Counted from the first letter of the stretch, positions 30,198 to 41,035 are shown. The stretch: DNA of 64,000 bases from Candidatus Bathyarchaeota archaeon (GCA_963806535.1 CAWDYC010000008.1:128001-192000), one strand, 5' to 3'. Program-made: numbers and translations. The notes: generated by a model not told the origin, from the letters alone.

Positions 30198-30650
30198 TTA
30201 TCTCACTATAACCACTGGGCACGGCGCCAAATGAGCAACCTTCTCACTGATGCTCCCCAAAAAACGTTCCCTTACCATGCCCAAACCTTTATGTCCAATA
30301 ACAATCGCATCAAAACCGCTATCTTTAGCCACATTCACAATTTCAACAGCGGGATCTCCATCTCTCAGCATCGATGAAACTACCAAATCAGGCTTAACTG
30401 CCTTCGCATGGGAAACAGCTTTACTTAAGATCTCTTCATGAATCTTTCGTAAATCTTTACCAAGAATAGTCATATTATCGAAAGAATAAGTTGTCGATTC
30501 TTGAGGAACCACACCCATAGCCAGCACTTCAGAAACGTTCAACACCGTTACAGCTGAAGCGAATTTTTCTGCTAAATCTAGAGCAAAATCTAAGACCCGA
30601 TCTGAGTTTTCAGAGCCATCCACAGCTACCAAAATATTTTGAATCAACAT
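30198..30650 (-). CDS. universal stress protein
   Basis: ILVAVDGS, GDPA, LGSISEKVAHLAPCPV. Confidence 0.95.
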   Translation of the reverse strand: MLIQNILVAVDGSENSDRVLDFALDLAEKFASAVTVLNVSEVLAMGVVPQESTTYSFDNMTILGKDLRKIHEEILSKAVSHAKAVKPDLVVSSMLRDGDPAVEIVNVAKDSGFDAIVIGHKGLGMVRERFLGSISEKVAHLAPCPVVIVR

Positions 30651-30868
30651 AAGAGTGAAGCGCCTATGAAGTAATTAGTAAACGGAGATTAAGGTTTTTC
30701 TCAAAACCAACAGTTTGAACTATTCTTTCAGGCTATTTCCTTTTAGCTGTGTTCGATTGTTTTTTTAACGATTTTCTTTAAACAATATAAAGGTAAAGTG
30801 TTACTTAGTAACTAAAAGAGGCATGTGGGGGTTCATCAATCAATAAGCATATTCAGATCCTAACAGTC

Positions 30869-32485
30869 ATGCTTATTATTGCAACGATAATTTTGTCAGC
30901 ACCCAATTTCCCTGACATCAAAGCTCAAGATAATCAATCCCCATGGAATCTGCTGACACCTATGCCAACAGCTCGAAGCGCACTCGGAGTTGCAGTTGTC
31001 GATGGAAAAATCTATGCTATCGGAGGTTTGAGCGGTGATGTACAGCTTCGAAATAATGAACAGTACGACCCCGTTTTAAACACTTGGACTGTTGAAATGC
31101 CGATGCCTACCGCCAGAAGCGGTTTCGCAATTGCTGCTTACAATGGCAAAATATATGTTATAGGCGGAACAGTGGGCAATGGCTTTGTAGGAAACAACGA
31201 AGTATATGATCCGGCAACGAATACGTGGGAGACAAAAGCTTCAATGCCCACGCCCCGCTCAGACTTAAGTGCAAGTGTAGTAAATGATAAAATCTACTTA
31301 ATTGGCGGAAAAAAATATTCGAATACGAATCCCTATTTCACTGAAACAAACACAAATGAAGTTTATGATCCAGCTAATGATTCATGGACGACTAAAGCTG
31401 CTATCCCAACTGCTACCTACGGATATGGATCAGCAATCATAAACCAAAAAATCTACATTGCCGGTGGTTCACAAACCCCAATATCGCAACAGCAAAGTGG
31501 CGATTTCGTCCACGCAAATCAAGTTTATGACCCACAAACAGATAATTGGACTTCAGCGGCAAATTTGCCTTCCTCGGTTTCTTATGCCGCTACGGCTGCA
31601 ACTCAAGACTATTTAGCGCCTGCTCGAATATATCTTGCAGGTGGATATTTTCAAAATACCATAACAAGCATAACTCAAATCTATAATCCCTCTAATAACT
31701 CATGGACTATAGGCACACCATTATCTTCGCCGCGAGCAGACTTGGCTTTTGCAGTCGTAAACGATGTTTTATATGCAATCGGCGGATTTGACGGACAAAA
31801 TCCAGTTAATACGAATGAGCAGTTTAAACCTGCTGATTATGGAACAGTTCCGCCGATTCTTCGGATTACTTCTCCTGAAAACAAAACTTATTCTAAAGCA
31901 AGTTTGGCTTTTACCATTAACAGGGGCACGTCATGGATAGGATACAGTTTAGATAATCAAGTAAATGAAACAGTAAAGGAAGGAACTAACACTAGTCTAA
32001 TTGGTTTATTTCAAGGACCACACAGCATCATACTATACGCCAATGATAGCCAAGGACACATGGGTTATTCTAACACAGTTTACTTTTCCATTGATTCGAT
32101 TCCTCCAGTAATCAAGATAATAGTTCCACTAAACCAAACGTATGGCTCAACTGATACAGAATTGACCTTCACCCTTAATGAGAAAGCAAAAGAGTTATCT
32201 TACAGTTTAGATGGCCAAGTCAACATAACTATAATTGGAAATGTCACTTTACCAGCGTTAACCGATGGACCCCACCGTTTAACCATTTACGCAACAGATG
32301 AAGTTGGTAATGCCGGTTCAACCACTGTTTATTTTAGCATTTCTTCATTTCCATTCTTGACAGTTGTTGCAGTTGCAGTCATCATAATTATCGTAGCAGC
32401 CTCAGGATATCTGTTTTATAAACATAGAAAACCTGTCAAAAGCGAACAAAAAGAAACAAGAATTTTAGACAATATTGATGAATAA
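30869..32485 (+). CDS. membrane-anchored Kelch beta-propeller surface protein with Ig-like domains
   Basis: Six Kelch repeats (IYAIGG...YDP...W), two YSLDG/N Ig-like modules, C-terminal TM + basic tail. Confidence 0.9.
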   Translation: MLIIATIILSAPNFPDIKAQDNQSPWNLLTPMPTARSALGVAVVDGKIYAIGGLSGDVQLRNNEQYDPVLNTWTVEMPMPTARSGFAIAAYNGKIYVIGGTVGNGFVGNNEVYDPATNTWETKASMPTPRSDLSASVVNDKIYLIGGKKYSNTNPYFTETNTNEVYDPANDSWTTKAAIPTATYGYGSAIINQKIYIAGGSQTPISQQQSGDFVHANQVYDPQTDNWTSAANLPSSVSYAATAATQDYLAPARIYLAGGYFQNTITSITQIYNPSNNSWTIGTPLSSPRADLAFAVVNDVLYAIGGFDGQNPVNTNEQFKPADYGTVPPILRITSPENKTYSKASLAFTINRGTSWIGYSLDNQVNETVKEGTNTSLIGLFQGPHSIILYANDSQGHMGYSNTVYFSIDSIPPVIKIIVPLNQTYGSTDTELTFTLNEKAKELSYSLDGQVNITIIGNVTLPALTDGPHRLTIYATDEVGNAGSTTVYFSISSFPFLTVVAVAVIIIIVAASGYLFYKHRKPVKSEQKETRILDNIDE

Positions 32486-32713
32486 ATAAAAATCTTCAAA
32501 AGCCAAATCTATTCAACAGTGAATTTCGCAATTACGCCGATTCAAGCCCCTAAGAACTTCCTGTCCGCTCCTCAAAAAATCAAGAGATCCTAAAGCCCAA
32601 GAGATTACAATAATTCTAACTATTTTGTCGCTAATCGGAGCAAGCAACAAACGTTTTTGTAAAGAGAAAATTTAAGTAAATAAGATAGCAACACTTAATG
32701 GAGGTCTTGGGCA

Positions 32714-32965
32714 ATGGGCTATGAAGTCGATTATACTGCGGGCGAGCGGGCAGGCTGTTCTTCAGAATTGGTCATTGCAGACAGAATCTTCTACGTAAAA
32801 CACTTTTCCGGTAGCAGATCAAGATTTTTCTCAGGAGATCAAAAAGGAGTTATTCAAAAAGAAATTTCAAAAGCAGAATTTGACCTGTGGGTTAACATTT
32901 TAGCCGATAGTGAAGCCCAAGCGTTGGAAGTACAACAAAGACTTAGTCTAGGAAAAAAATACTAA
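32714..32965 (+). CDS. small hypothetical protein
   Basis: GGAGG RBS upstream, clean 83-aa ORF. Confidence 0.7.
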   Translation: MGYEVDYTAGERAGCSSELVIADRIFYVKHFSGSRSRFFSGDQKGVIQKEISKAEFDLWVNILADSEAQALEVQQRLSLGKKY

Positions 32966-32968
32966 GTT

Positions 32969-33712
32969 CTAAACGTCTTTCCATCGCGTCTTTTTTATGG
33001 CAATGAACAAAATGATTGCGGTGACTATTATCAAAACTGCCCAATCAAGAATTAACAAGCTGCTTGATATTTTGAGGTAGCCGGTTGCTGAATGCATAAT
33101 TTCTGCAGCATATGTTGTGGGGGAAAAATAAGCAAGATAGTTGAATGGTGCAGGAATATAAGTTATAGGATAATAAACTGGTGGTAGAGTGGCAAACAAT
33201 AGCGAAAGAAGTCGAGAAAAACCATAGCTTTGAACTACATCATTTGAAAAAGTGGATAACATGAACCCTAAAGCCACTGAGATAGCAAACATCAACAATA
33301 ATACGATGGATAGGATTGCTATTTGAAGAAGCGAAGGGTGCAGGTAGATTCCAGTTAGCACAATAAGGATAAAGATACCTGGAATTGAGTACACTATTTC
33401 CGCTAATGCCATTCCACCCATATACAAGCGGGAGCTTGTTGGCGAACTCACAATCATGTCTTGAAGCTTGAAATCATTTTTTAGGTGAGAAAGGTCTGAT
33501 TGCAGGGCAATGCCGCTTGAGAAAAAAATCATTATTAACCCACCTTCGATTGCTGTTCCAAAAAGGGCGCCGTTTGTTACGAAGGTAACGACTGCCAGAA
33601 GCGAAAGCGGCGAAATAACTGTACTGATCAGTACAATGGGGTAGTTTTTCATTTCATAGATGGCGTTTACAAGCACACCTGCTAGAATCTGACTGAGTCT
33701 GTTTCGCCTCAA
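32969..33712 (-). CDS. ABC-2 type permease
   Basis: Six TM helices, PVYYP...SPTTYAA; adjacent to ABC ATPase. Confidence 0.9.
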   Translation of the reverse strand: MRRNRLSQILAGVLVNAIYEMKNYPIVLISTVISPLSLLAVVTFVTNGALFGTAIEGGLIMIFFSSGIALQSDLSHLKNDFKLQDMIVSSPTSSRLYMGGMALAEIVYSIPGIFILIVLTGIYLHPSLLQIAILSIVLLLMFAISVALGFMLSTFSNDVVQSYGFSRLLSLLFATLPPVYYPITYIPAPFNYLAYFSPTTYAAEIMHSATGYLKISSSLLILDWAVLIIVTAIILFIAIKKTRWKDV

Positions 33713-34615
33713 TTATGTATCTCCTGCTTTTCGCCCCACAAGGCTAAAGAAAATATCGTCTAAAGTAACTGGTGTAATAGAGAATTTTACTCCTTGTTCT
33801 GCGAACTGTTTAGCCAATCGGAAAGCCTCCTCTTCATGAGTCATTACTTGGGTAATTCCCGTTTTGCTTGCGGTTACTTCGGCGTCTTTCAAAGTTGGAA
33901 GAGGTGTGTTGGGAGGCAGCTTAATGCTGTATTGATATTTTGAGCTATGTCTCAGTTCTGAAAGGGTACCTTCTGAAACTAATCTTCCATCATTAAGAAT
34001 ACCTATTTTGTCTGCGAGTTGCTCTGCTTCTTCAAGGTAGTGAGTGGTAAGAAAAATAAATCGGTCTCTTCCTAGAGCTCGAAGAATTTCCCAAAGTTCT
34101 CGTCTTGAGATTGGATCAAGACCGGTTGTGGGTTCGTCAAGAAAGATAATGTCTGCTTCTGAAGCAGTTACCGTGGCGATAAGAACTTTCCTTTTTGTTC
34201 CACCCGAGAGACGACTATTCAAAACGTTTGCGTACTGTTCTAAGCCTAGATTTGCAAGCGAAATGTCGGCAAGCTTTTTTGCATCATTGTAGTTGTATCC
34301 TCGCCAAAGAAGATAGGAAAAAACGGTTTGCTTAGGAGTCATCCATCTTATTGTTCTAGCTTCCTGAGGGACAATCGCAATTTTTTCTCTCAATTGATTT
34401 TCTTGTGTAAGTATGTTGAAACCGTTGATGCATGCGGTTCCAGCGGTGGGTTCAAGCTCGGTGGCGAGGATTCGGATAAGTGTGGTTTTTCCTGCGCCGT
34501 TTCTGCCGATTAAACCAAAAATACCTTTACTTTCAACAGATAAATTTACATCTTCAAGTGCTTTTCTTTGGTCCTCGTAAATCTTCGTTAATCCGTAACA
34601 CTCAAGCGTTCCCAT
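33713..34615 (-). CDS. ABC transporter ATP-binding protein
   Basis: GRNGAGKTT, LSGG, FLDEPTTGLD, TTHYLEEA. Confidence 0.96.
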   Translation of the reverse strand: MGTLECYGLTKIYEDQRKALEDVNLSVESKGIFGLIGRNGAGKTTLIRILATELEPTAGTACINGFNILTQENQLREKIAIVPQEARTIRWMTPKQTVFSYLLWRGYNYNDAKKLADISLANLGLEQYANVLNSRLSGGTKRKVLIATVTASEADIIFLDEPTTGLDPISRRELWEILRALGRDRFIFLTTHYLEEAEQLADKIGILNDGRLVSEGTLSELRHSSKYQYSIKLPPNTPLPTLKDAEVTASKTGITQVMTHEEEAFRLAKQFAEQGVKFSITPVTLDDIFFSLVGRKAGDT

Positions 34616-34735
34616 TCGGCATTACATCAGGAAAACATGAATTAAATCAGGTATATTTGGTTTGTAATTTTAGATTTTCAACGTTAGCTAGGTTTATATT
34701 AAAATTCTCAACTAGTCAACTAGGAAGAAATAATT

Positions 34736-35761
34736 ATGCTTGTACATTTACTCCCGTGGGACACAAAACTTAACCTCGTAGAGGAGGCAAATCGGCTTTA
34801 TGATGCTGCTGGAACTTTCGATAGCATACAAAAAGGTGATCTTGTAGCCGTTAAACTGCATGTAGGCGAATTAGGCAACCCATATTATGTACAACCAGTT
34901 TTCGTCCATGACATTATCCGCAGGGTTAAGGAAGTTGGGGGCAAACCATTCCTCACAGATTCCAACACATACTATCACGCCCAACGCAATAATGCCTACG
35001 ACCACATGAATAACGCATTAATGAACGGTTTCAACATGGCTCCATTTATCGTAGCAGACGGGTTAAAAAGCGAAAATTACCAAGTTGTGCCGACAAAAGG
35101 GATTCTTAAAGAGATTGAAGTCTCAGGCGCAATTGCAGAAGCCGACGCCATGATTGTTATATCGCATGACAAGGGTCATGAGCTCAGTGGGTTCGGCGGC
35201 GCCATAAAAAACCTTGGCATGGGTTGCACACCCAGAGCGGGCAAGCTTCGGCAACATAGAACTGTAGGTTTAGAAATAGACCAAACAAAATGCATAGGCT
35301 GCGGCAAATGTAAAGAGAACTGTGAAATGAATTTGCCGGAGATTATTGAGGGAAAAGCAAGAAATGCCTCAAATCTTTGCATGCGCTGTCCAATGTGCAA
35401 GCATGGTTGTCCAATGGAAGCCATAAGTTTCGTCAATCAGGAAAATATTTGTAAGGCACTTGCTTCAGCCGCTTTTGGGGTCCTCTCAACTTTTAAGGCA
35501 AACAAAGTTTCATTTGTCAGTTTCGCCAAAGACATTACTCCAAACTGCGATTGCTTGCCCAGTCCAGGTGAAGTCATGATGAAGGATGTGGGCATTTTTG
35601 CATCAGATTCGCCAGTCTCCATTGATGCTTCATTTCTATCTATGATTGATTACAAAATATTTAATGACATATCTCATGTGGATTGTATGTTGCAAGTTCA
35701 TGAAGCAAGGGCATTAGGCATTAAAGGTGAAGTGAAACCAAAAATAACTACGTTAAACTAG
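34736..35761 (+). CDS. DUF362 Fe-S protein with 2[4Fe-4S] ferredoxin insert
   Basis: VKLHVGE, GGAIKNLGMGC, CIGCGKC/CMRCPMC, CDC. Confidence 0.9.
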   Translation: MLVHLLPWDTKLNLVEEANRLYDAAGTFDSIQKGDLVAVKLHVGELGNPYYVQPVFVHDIIRRVKEVGGKPFLTDSNTYYHAQRNNAYDHMNNALMNGFNMAPFIVADGLKSENYQVVPTKGILKEIEVSGAIAEADAMIVISHDKGHELSGFGGAIKNLGMGCTPRAGKLRQHRTVGLEIDQTKCIGCGKCKENCEMNLPEIIEGKARNASNLCMRCPMCKHGCPMEAISFVNQENICKALASAAFGVLSTFKANKVSFVSFAKDITPNCDCLPSPGEVMMKDVGIFASDSPVSIDASFLSMIDYKIFNDISHVDCMLQVHEARALGIKGEVKPKITTLN

Positions 35762-35764
35762 CAA

Positions 35765-36556
35765 CTACTGCTTCATCCAACTACGTTTTATTGCTTCTGC
35801 CCTAATTCTTTTTCTTCTAATTAATAGAATAACCAGCAAAACCAAGATGCCTACAACACTTGCTAAAATTAAGTATCGAGAAATGCCAGCAACCTCAGCC
35901 CAGTTTTTCCCCAAATAATACCCGACATAAATCAAGATCACATTCCAAACGATACATCCCGCTGTCGTAAAAACTATAAATTTCGGTAATTTCATCCTAA
36001 CTGCCCCAGCAGGAAACGAAACTATAGTTCTGAAGCCAGGTATGAGACGGCTGAAAAACACCATTGAGGCCCCATTCTTGTTAAACCATGATGCAGCAAT
36101 TTTAAGTTGAGTCTGAGATAAGATCACTCTACCTAAAATCTTGTGTTTAGCAAGAGATTGAACACCTTTTAATCCTATATAGTAATCAATAAGCGATCCT
36201 GTTATTCCCGCAGCAGTTGCAATTGGTACAGTGATCCACACGTTTAGGATGCCCTTTGAAATCAAGTAACCTGCAAAAGGTAGAACTACCTCGCTTGGAA
36301 TAGGCAGAGAACTCGATTCAAGCAACATCAAAACAAAGATACCGGTGTACCCCCAAGACTGAACTGTGTCTTTTACATTATGAGTAAAAGAAATTACGGC
36401 GCTAATCAATGGTCCACTTGTCATTGTAGCACCTTCGATAAAGACATCTTCCAAAATCTCAAACATCAAATAAACAAAGATGGCTATGGCTATACCTGCA
36501 ACAATCAATTGCGGCGCTTTTTTGCGCAGTTTCCCAAGACGTTGTTTGGAGACCAA
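35765..36556 (-). CDS. DedA family membrane protein
   Basis: LESSSLPIPSEVVLPFAG, SRLIPGFRT. Confidence 0.93.
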   Translation of the reverse strand: MVSKQRLGKLRKKAPQLIVAGIAIAIFVYLMFEILEDVFIEGATMTSGPLISAVISFTHNVKDTVQSWGYTGIFVLMLLESSSLPIPSEVVLPFAGYLISKGILNVWITVPIATAAGITGSLIDYYIGLKGVQSLAKHKILGRVILSQTQLKIAASWFNKNGASMVFFSRLIPGFRTIVSFPAGAVRMKLPKFIVFTTAGCIVWNVILIYVGYYLGKNWAEVAGISRYLILASVVGILVLLVILLIRRKRIRAEAIKRSWMKQ

Positions 36557-36711
36557 TAGACATCGCTTTTAACCTAATTGCTGACTTTGAATTATTTTAG
36601 TCTATGGCAAAATGTAGCTCTGCCCCAACACCGCGTGAGGTTCGTTTTTGTTATTGTTCCAAAATAGAGAGTTTTTGATAATTGCAACTTTGAAAGAAAA
36701 AATGGGTTTGT

Positions 36712-37594
36712 TTAGTTGAATTCTTTTCTTTCGAACAACAGTAACCCCAAAATTGCAGTAATGATGAAGTAGAGTCCTATGATTGCGAGTCCTTCTGGGA
36801 TAGTTGCGTTAAATTGCGTAACGGTCAAAACACGGCGACCTATGTCTTGGGAAATTACGACGCTGTGGGCGGGGTAAGTTGAACTTAATACGTTTCCTAT
36901 TATTCCTGCGCCGTAAGTTAGAACAAACCATGGTTCAATTCCGACAAGGTCTGAGACGAGCGTTTGAATTAAGCGTGAATCCAAACAATAAGAGAATAAC
37001 TGTTGTAAGAATTGATATGGAACTACTCTTAAACAGCGAACTGAAAAAGAACGTGAACCCCATAACTGCCGCAAGATAAATCCATGCGAAAAGCAAAGAT
37101 TCAAGGAATTGGTACGGCACACCTGCTGAGCCAAAATAGTAAACTCCATTAGCGATTGTAATCACGGTGAATACGACGAGTATTGCTGTAGCAGCTAAGA
37201 AAGCCGACAGCCATTTTCCAATGTATATTGAAGATCTTCTAATTGGGTTAGGAATTCCGAAGTAACCTGTCTTATTTTGGAATTCCCCTGAAATAGCGTC
37301 TCCGCCGAAGAAAATTCCAGAAAGTATAATTACAAAAGTAACGATACTGAAGCTACTTGCGCCTCCCCACCAACTGGAATAGAACCCTAAGTTTGTAGTT
37401 AGAAAGCTGTCAGGTCGTCGCCAAGCTACTACTATAGTTAGAGCTGCGGCTATCAACAGGGTAATAATCAGCAGTATAAGGAATCTGCGTGACCTGAAGT
37501 ATTCGAGAAATGTGTACTTCATTGTGATACCAATTTGCGCCATACTGCTTGGCACTTTATTTGCATTTGTTTCTGTTTCGACCATGTTTATCAC
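36712..37594 (-). CDS. ABC permease, split by a 1-nt frameshift near 36970
   Basis: GDAISGEFQNKTG...GKW in one frame; ...FTL/IQTLVSDL continues in the next frame to FERKEFN. Confidence 0.85.
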
Positions 37595-38532
37595 ACCGTT
37601 TCCTTGATAAGATTAAGATAGACATCTTCAAGTTCTGAGGACGCTACTCTGTAACTAATAATGCCAATATTCAGTTTTACCAAATCTGAAAGAAGCCTTT
37701 CTTGCACATCTAAGCCTCCGCTGAATTTAATTCGCAAGTTTTTACCATCTGGTTGTTCCGCTGAGACTACATCCGGAAGTTTGGCGATCTTTTGTGTTAT
37801 CAATTGGGCATCAATGGGACGCTGAAGCCCAACTTCAACCATGTTTGAGCCTCCAGAAAATTTGGCAGTGACATTTGAAATTGTGTCATATACGAGCAGT
37901 TTTCCATGGTCAATCATGGCTACTTCATCGCATACTTCTGAAACTTCATTAAGAATGTGAGAGCTCATGAAAATTAGTCTATTCTTGCTCTTCAAAGATT
38001 TGACAATATCTCTGACTTCACTCATCCCTCTTGGATCAAGTCCAGTGGTTGGTTCGTCTAGAAGAAGGATACATGGGTTACTGAGAAGTGTAGAAGCAAT
38101 GCAAATTCTCTGTTTCATTCCCTTGGAAAATCTGCCGACTCTCTTATCGATCCACTCGCTCATGTGCACTTCAGAGACAGCGTCTTCTATTCTCTTCTTA
38201 ATCTCTGTTGCCGGCACTCCCCGTATTTCAGCAATCATCGACAACGCTTCACGTGGGGTTAATGAAGAATAGATTTCCGGAGTCTCAATTAATGTAGCAA
38301 CAGATGCCAACGCTTTTTTCTTCTCAGTGTGCACGTTAATACCGTTTATTAGTGCTTCACCAGAAGTAGGACGAATTAAATCTGTGAACATTTTGAGCGT
38401 GGTTGTTTTTCCTGCGCCGTTTGGACCCAGAAAACCTACGCATTTAGCCCCTTCAAGCTTCAGGTTTAAAGCTGAGAGAGCTGTGAATGAGCCGTATTGT
38501 TTAGTTAAATTAACCGCTTCTATTGATGGCAT
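37591..38532 (-). CDS. ABC transporter ATP-binding protein
   Basis: GPNGAGKTT, FSKGMKQR, LLDEPTTGLD; likely start MPSIEA. Confidence 0.95.
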   Translation of the reverse strand: MPSIEAVNLTKQYGSFTALSALNLKLEGAKCVGFLGPNGAGKTTTLKMFTDLIRPTSGEALINGINVHTEKKKALASVATLIETPEIYSSLTPREALSMIAEIRGVPATEIKKRIEDAVSEVHMSEWIDKRVGRFSKGMKQRICIASTLLSNPCILLLDEPTTGLDPRGMSEVRDIVKSLKSKNRLIFMSSHILNEVSEVCDEVAMIDHGKLLVYDTISNVTAKFSGGSNMVEVGLQRPIDAQLITQKIAKLPDVVSAEQPDGKNLRIKFSGGLDVQERLLSDLVKLNIGIISYRVASSELEDVYLNLIKETV

Positions 38533-38602
38533 CGATATCCCAAAGCCGTAACGAGATTCATGCTTAAAAGGAGTACTCATTCGGAGGGAGTTTTCAATAA
38601 GA

Positions 38603-38899
38603 TTAAGTTCGCAAACGTAGCCTTGGAAACTTAAGTTGTCCTACATACTTCATTATCCACTGCACCAACTCGTCGTATGCCTCTGAGCCTGCCTTCGTCA
38701 AAACAACCGCCCCTTCATTATCAACCTCGACAAAGTCTTTCTCAGACATCCAAACCAAGTATTTTACCAACTTATCGTAGGCTAACCCTGTGGAAGTTGC
38801 TAGGGCGGTCTTGTTCATCTTGTTTTTCTCTTTCAACGCCTTGATTATTCGGGCGATGACGTAGAGGTCAGGTTTGGAACTCGGCTCTCCTGATTTCAA
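38603..38899 (-). CDS. winged-helix DNA-binding protein
   Basis: KTALATSTGLAYDKLVKYL...LTKAG archaeal wHTH pattern. Confidence 0.85.
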   Translation of the reverse strand: MKSGEPSSKPDLYVIARIIKALKEKNKMNKTALATSTGLAYDKLVKYLVWMSEKDFVEVDNEGAVVLTKAGSEAYDELVQWIMKYVGQLKFPRLRLRT

Positions 38900-39578
38900 G
38901 GCTAAACCACCTGAGCTCCAAAAGAAGCATATCTAAAGCATGAATTTCTTTGTAACGCCTCAAAAGATCGCGACCCAGCAGCAAAAGAACAAGAATTAAT
39001 GCAAACGTAACGGATACGAATGTACTGAGAAAAATGGGTCTGTGCAGGAAGTAAAATGTCAAAGCACTACCAACTAGTTGCAGACCAAAAAACATAACCA
39101 GCCAATAAGCCGCTGCCTTCAGCCATCCGTATACAGTGTAGCTAAGTTTTCCCATTGAGATTTCGTCAAGAGTGGTATCCCAATCAAGCTCTATCAATAT
39201 TTCCAATGCAAACGGAAATCCGCCTGAAAGCTTCTCTTTCCATTCCCCAGTCTTGACTGAATTTATCCGTCTTTTAACGTAAAATACTCCTGCTGTTAAG
39301 CCTATTAACGGAATAAGAAGCAGTATGAAACCAAAGATGAAACTTTGAGCGCTTCTTGATGCAGGATCAAACCCTAGAATTGTGAATAAAACGCCGGTCA
39401 CAAGAGAAATGGCGATTGAACCGATAACTATGAGGGAGAATTTCTTGAGTGAACGAGATAGGGCGTTATAGCGTTTTATGTGATCGAGGGTTTCCATCAG
39501 CTCTGAAACTTTAGAAACGACCCTGTTTTCGCTTAGCACTGAATCTTTCATTTCGCCTTTGACTCTGTTTTGTGACAT
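38868..39578 (-). CDS. membrane protein (4 TM)
   Basis: Hydrophobic segments; overlaps the wHTH gene; co-oriented with the ABC genes. Confidence 0.75.
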   Translation of the reverse strand: MSQNRVKGEMKDSVLSENRVVSKVSELMETLDHIKRYNALSRSLKKFSLIVIGSIAISLVTGVLFTILGFDPASRSAQSFIFGFILLLIPLIGLTAGVFYVKRRINSVKTGEWKEKLSGGFPFALEILIELDWDTTLDEISMGKLSYTVYGWLKAAAYWLVMFFGLQLVGSALTFYFLHRPIFLSTFVSVTFALILVLLLLGRDLLRRYKEIHALDMLLLELRWFSLEIRRAEFQT

Positions 39579-39707
39579 CGAAATCCTTGTTTCCGTTTCA
39601 TTGAAGGGGCAAAGACTGAAGGGAAATATAAAGTGAACTCCCTCCCAATGAGCAAGAAATACCTTCAGGTTTCACTCATCTTGAATTGATATAGGAGAGT
39701 TGGTTTT

Positions 39708-40040
39708 TTGGAATCAGGCTACGTTAGAATTGCTGACAAATCGGAAGTACTAATTGGGAAAATGAAAAAAGTATCAGTTCAAGGAAAAGAGATTTTGGTA
39801 GCAAACGTAAACGGGAGTTTCTATGCGATAGGCAATGTATGTACTCATGAACGTGGAGATCTTTCACAAGGAACACTTGAAGACAACTTTGTCACTTGTC
39901 CAAGGCATAAATCAAAATTCGACGTCACTACAGGCAAAGTGGTTTCGCCTCCGAAAATGGTTCTGTTTCACCCGAAAATAGCGGATGAACCATCCTTCAG
40001 TGTTAAAACAGAAAATAACGACATATTAATTAAAATATGA
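39708..40040 (+). CDS. Rieske [2Fe-2S] ferredoxin
   Basis: CTH...CPRH motifs. Confidence 0.95.
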   Translation: MESGYVRIADKSEVLIGKMKKVSVQGKEILVANVNGSFYAIGNVCTHERGDLSQGTLEDNFVTCPRHKSKFDVTTGKVVSPPKMVLFHPKIADEPSFSVKTENNDILIKI

Positions 40041-40182
40041 TTTCTAATTTATGCCGTTTTGCCCCTTCGTTCTTCATTTGGGTAAAGTATTTTAGCTCAT
40101 CACCTTTTGTATCTGGAAACATTGGATCGTATTTAGGGTTGAAGTGGCATGAAGATTAGGTACCGCTCAAAGTGCAGGTAGG

Positions 40183-40737
40183 TTGTTTGGTGTGACCATC
40201 CAGAATGCAATAGAGTATGTTGTGGGGCGGTTTATCCGCTTGTTTACTAAGTTGCCTTTGAGGGGAATTATTCATTTGGTTTCGCAGAAAGGTACATTTA
40301 TGGATTATTTTAAGGGCTTCGAGAAAAATATTGCTGTTCGAAGAATATTTGGGGAAGAAACTGAAAAAATTCTCAAGAACCTTAAGGTAGAGTTCATCTG
40401 GTTCGGTTACATGGGAGTCGAAGATAACGATGGACACCTGATTGTGAACAAGCGTTACTTGACCACTGGAAGCCGAATAGACATTTATCTGGACGTCATT
40501 CACGAACTCTGCCACGTTAAGCAGCATATGGAAAAAAGAGACCTTTTTGACCCACGCTACGATTACGTAGATAGACCAACCGAAATCGAAGCATACCGTT
40601 ACGCTGTGCAGGAAGCAAAACGCATTGGGCTAAGTGCAACAAAAATTCGTCAGTACCTTAAAACTGAAATGATGAGCGTTGAAGTTTTAGACAGGCTAAT
40701 TAGGAACATGAAAGTGAACCTTGAAGAAAAACCATGA
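40183..40737 (+). CDS. zincin-like HExxH protein (start may be MDYFKG near 40300)
   Basis: IHELCHVKQ...EIEAY. Confidence 0.75.
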   Translation: MFGVTIQNAIEYVVGRFIRLFTKLPLRGIIHLVSQKGTFMDYFKGFEKNIAVRRIFGEETEKILKNLKVEFIWFGYMGVEDNDGHLIVNKRYLTTGSRIDIYLDVIHELCHVKQHMEKRDLFDPRYDYVDRPTEIEAYRYAVQEAKRIGLSATKIRQYLKTEMMSVEVLDRLIRNMKVNLEEKP

Positions 40738-40818
40738 GCTCTCTCAAATTAAAATCAGATTCAACATCTGTTTATCACTTTAAGTACGTTAAATAAGTCA
40801 TATCTCAAAAAAGAGCTG

Positions 40819-40990
40819 TGGTGGGGCCGGCCGGATTTGAACCGACGACCTTTACCCAAGAACCGCGCAAGGCAGTTCTTTACGGGTTTCTCTAGACACG
40901 CTCCAGAACTTCGTCATTCCTCTGAGCGAGGTCAGCAAACCCGTTGCTTCTTCTGGAGCCCGTCGTCATACCTGTCTAGACTACGACCCC
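40819..40990 (-). tRNA. tRNA-Trp(CCA) with two introns (40888-40952 at position 37/38; 40852-40881 at 43/44)
   Basis: Acceptor GGGGTCG/CGGCCCC-A-CCA, anticodon arm ACGGG-CTCCAGA-CCCGT, T arm GTCGG-TTCAAAT-CCGGC; both inserts form BHB motifs; 77 nt after splicing. Confidence 0.92.
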
Positions 40991-41035
40991 ACCTAGGCAC
41001 GGCAATTAAGTGAATTTAGAGTAATAAAAGTTTAT

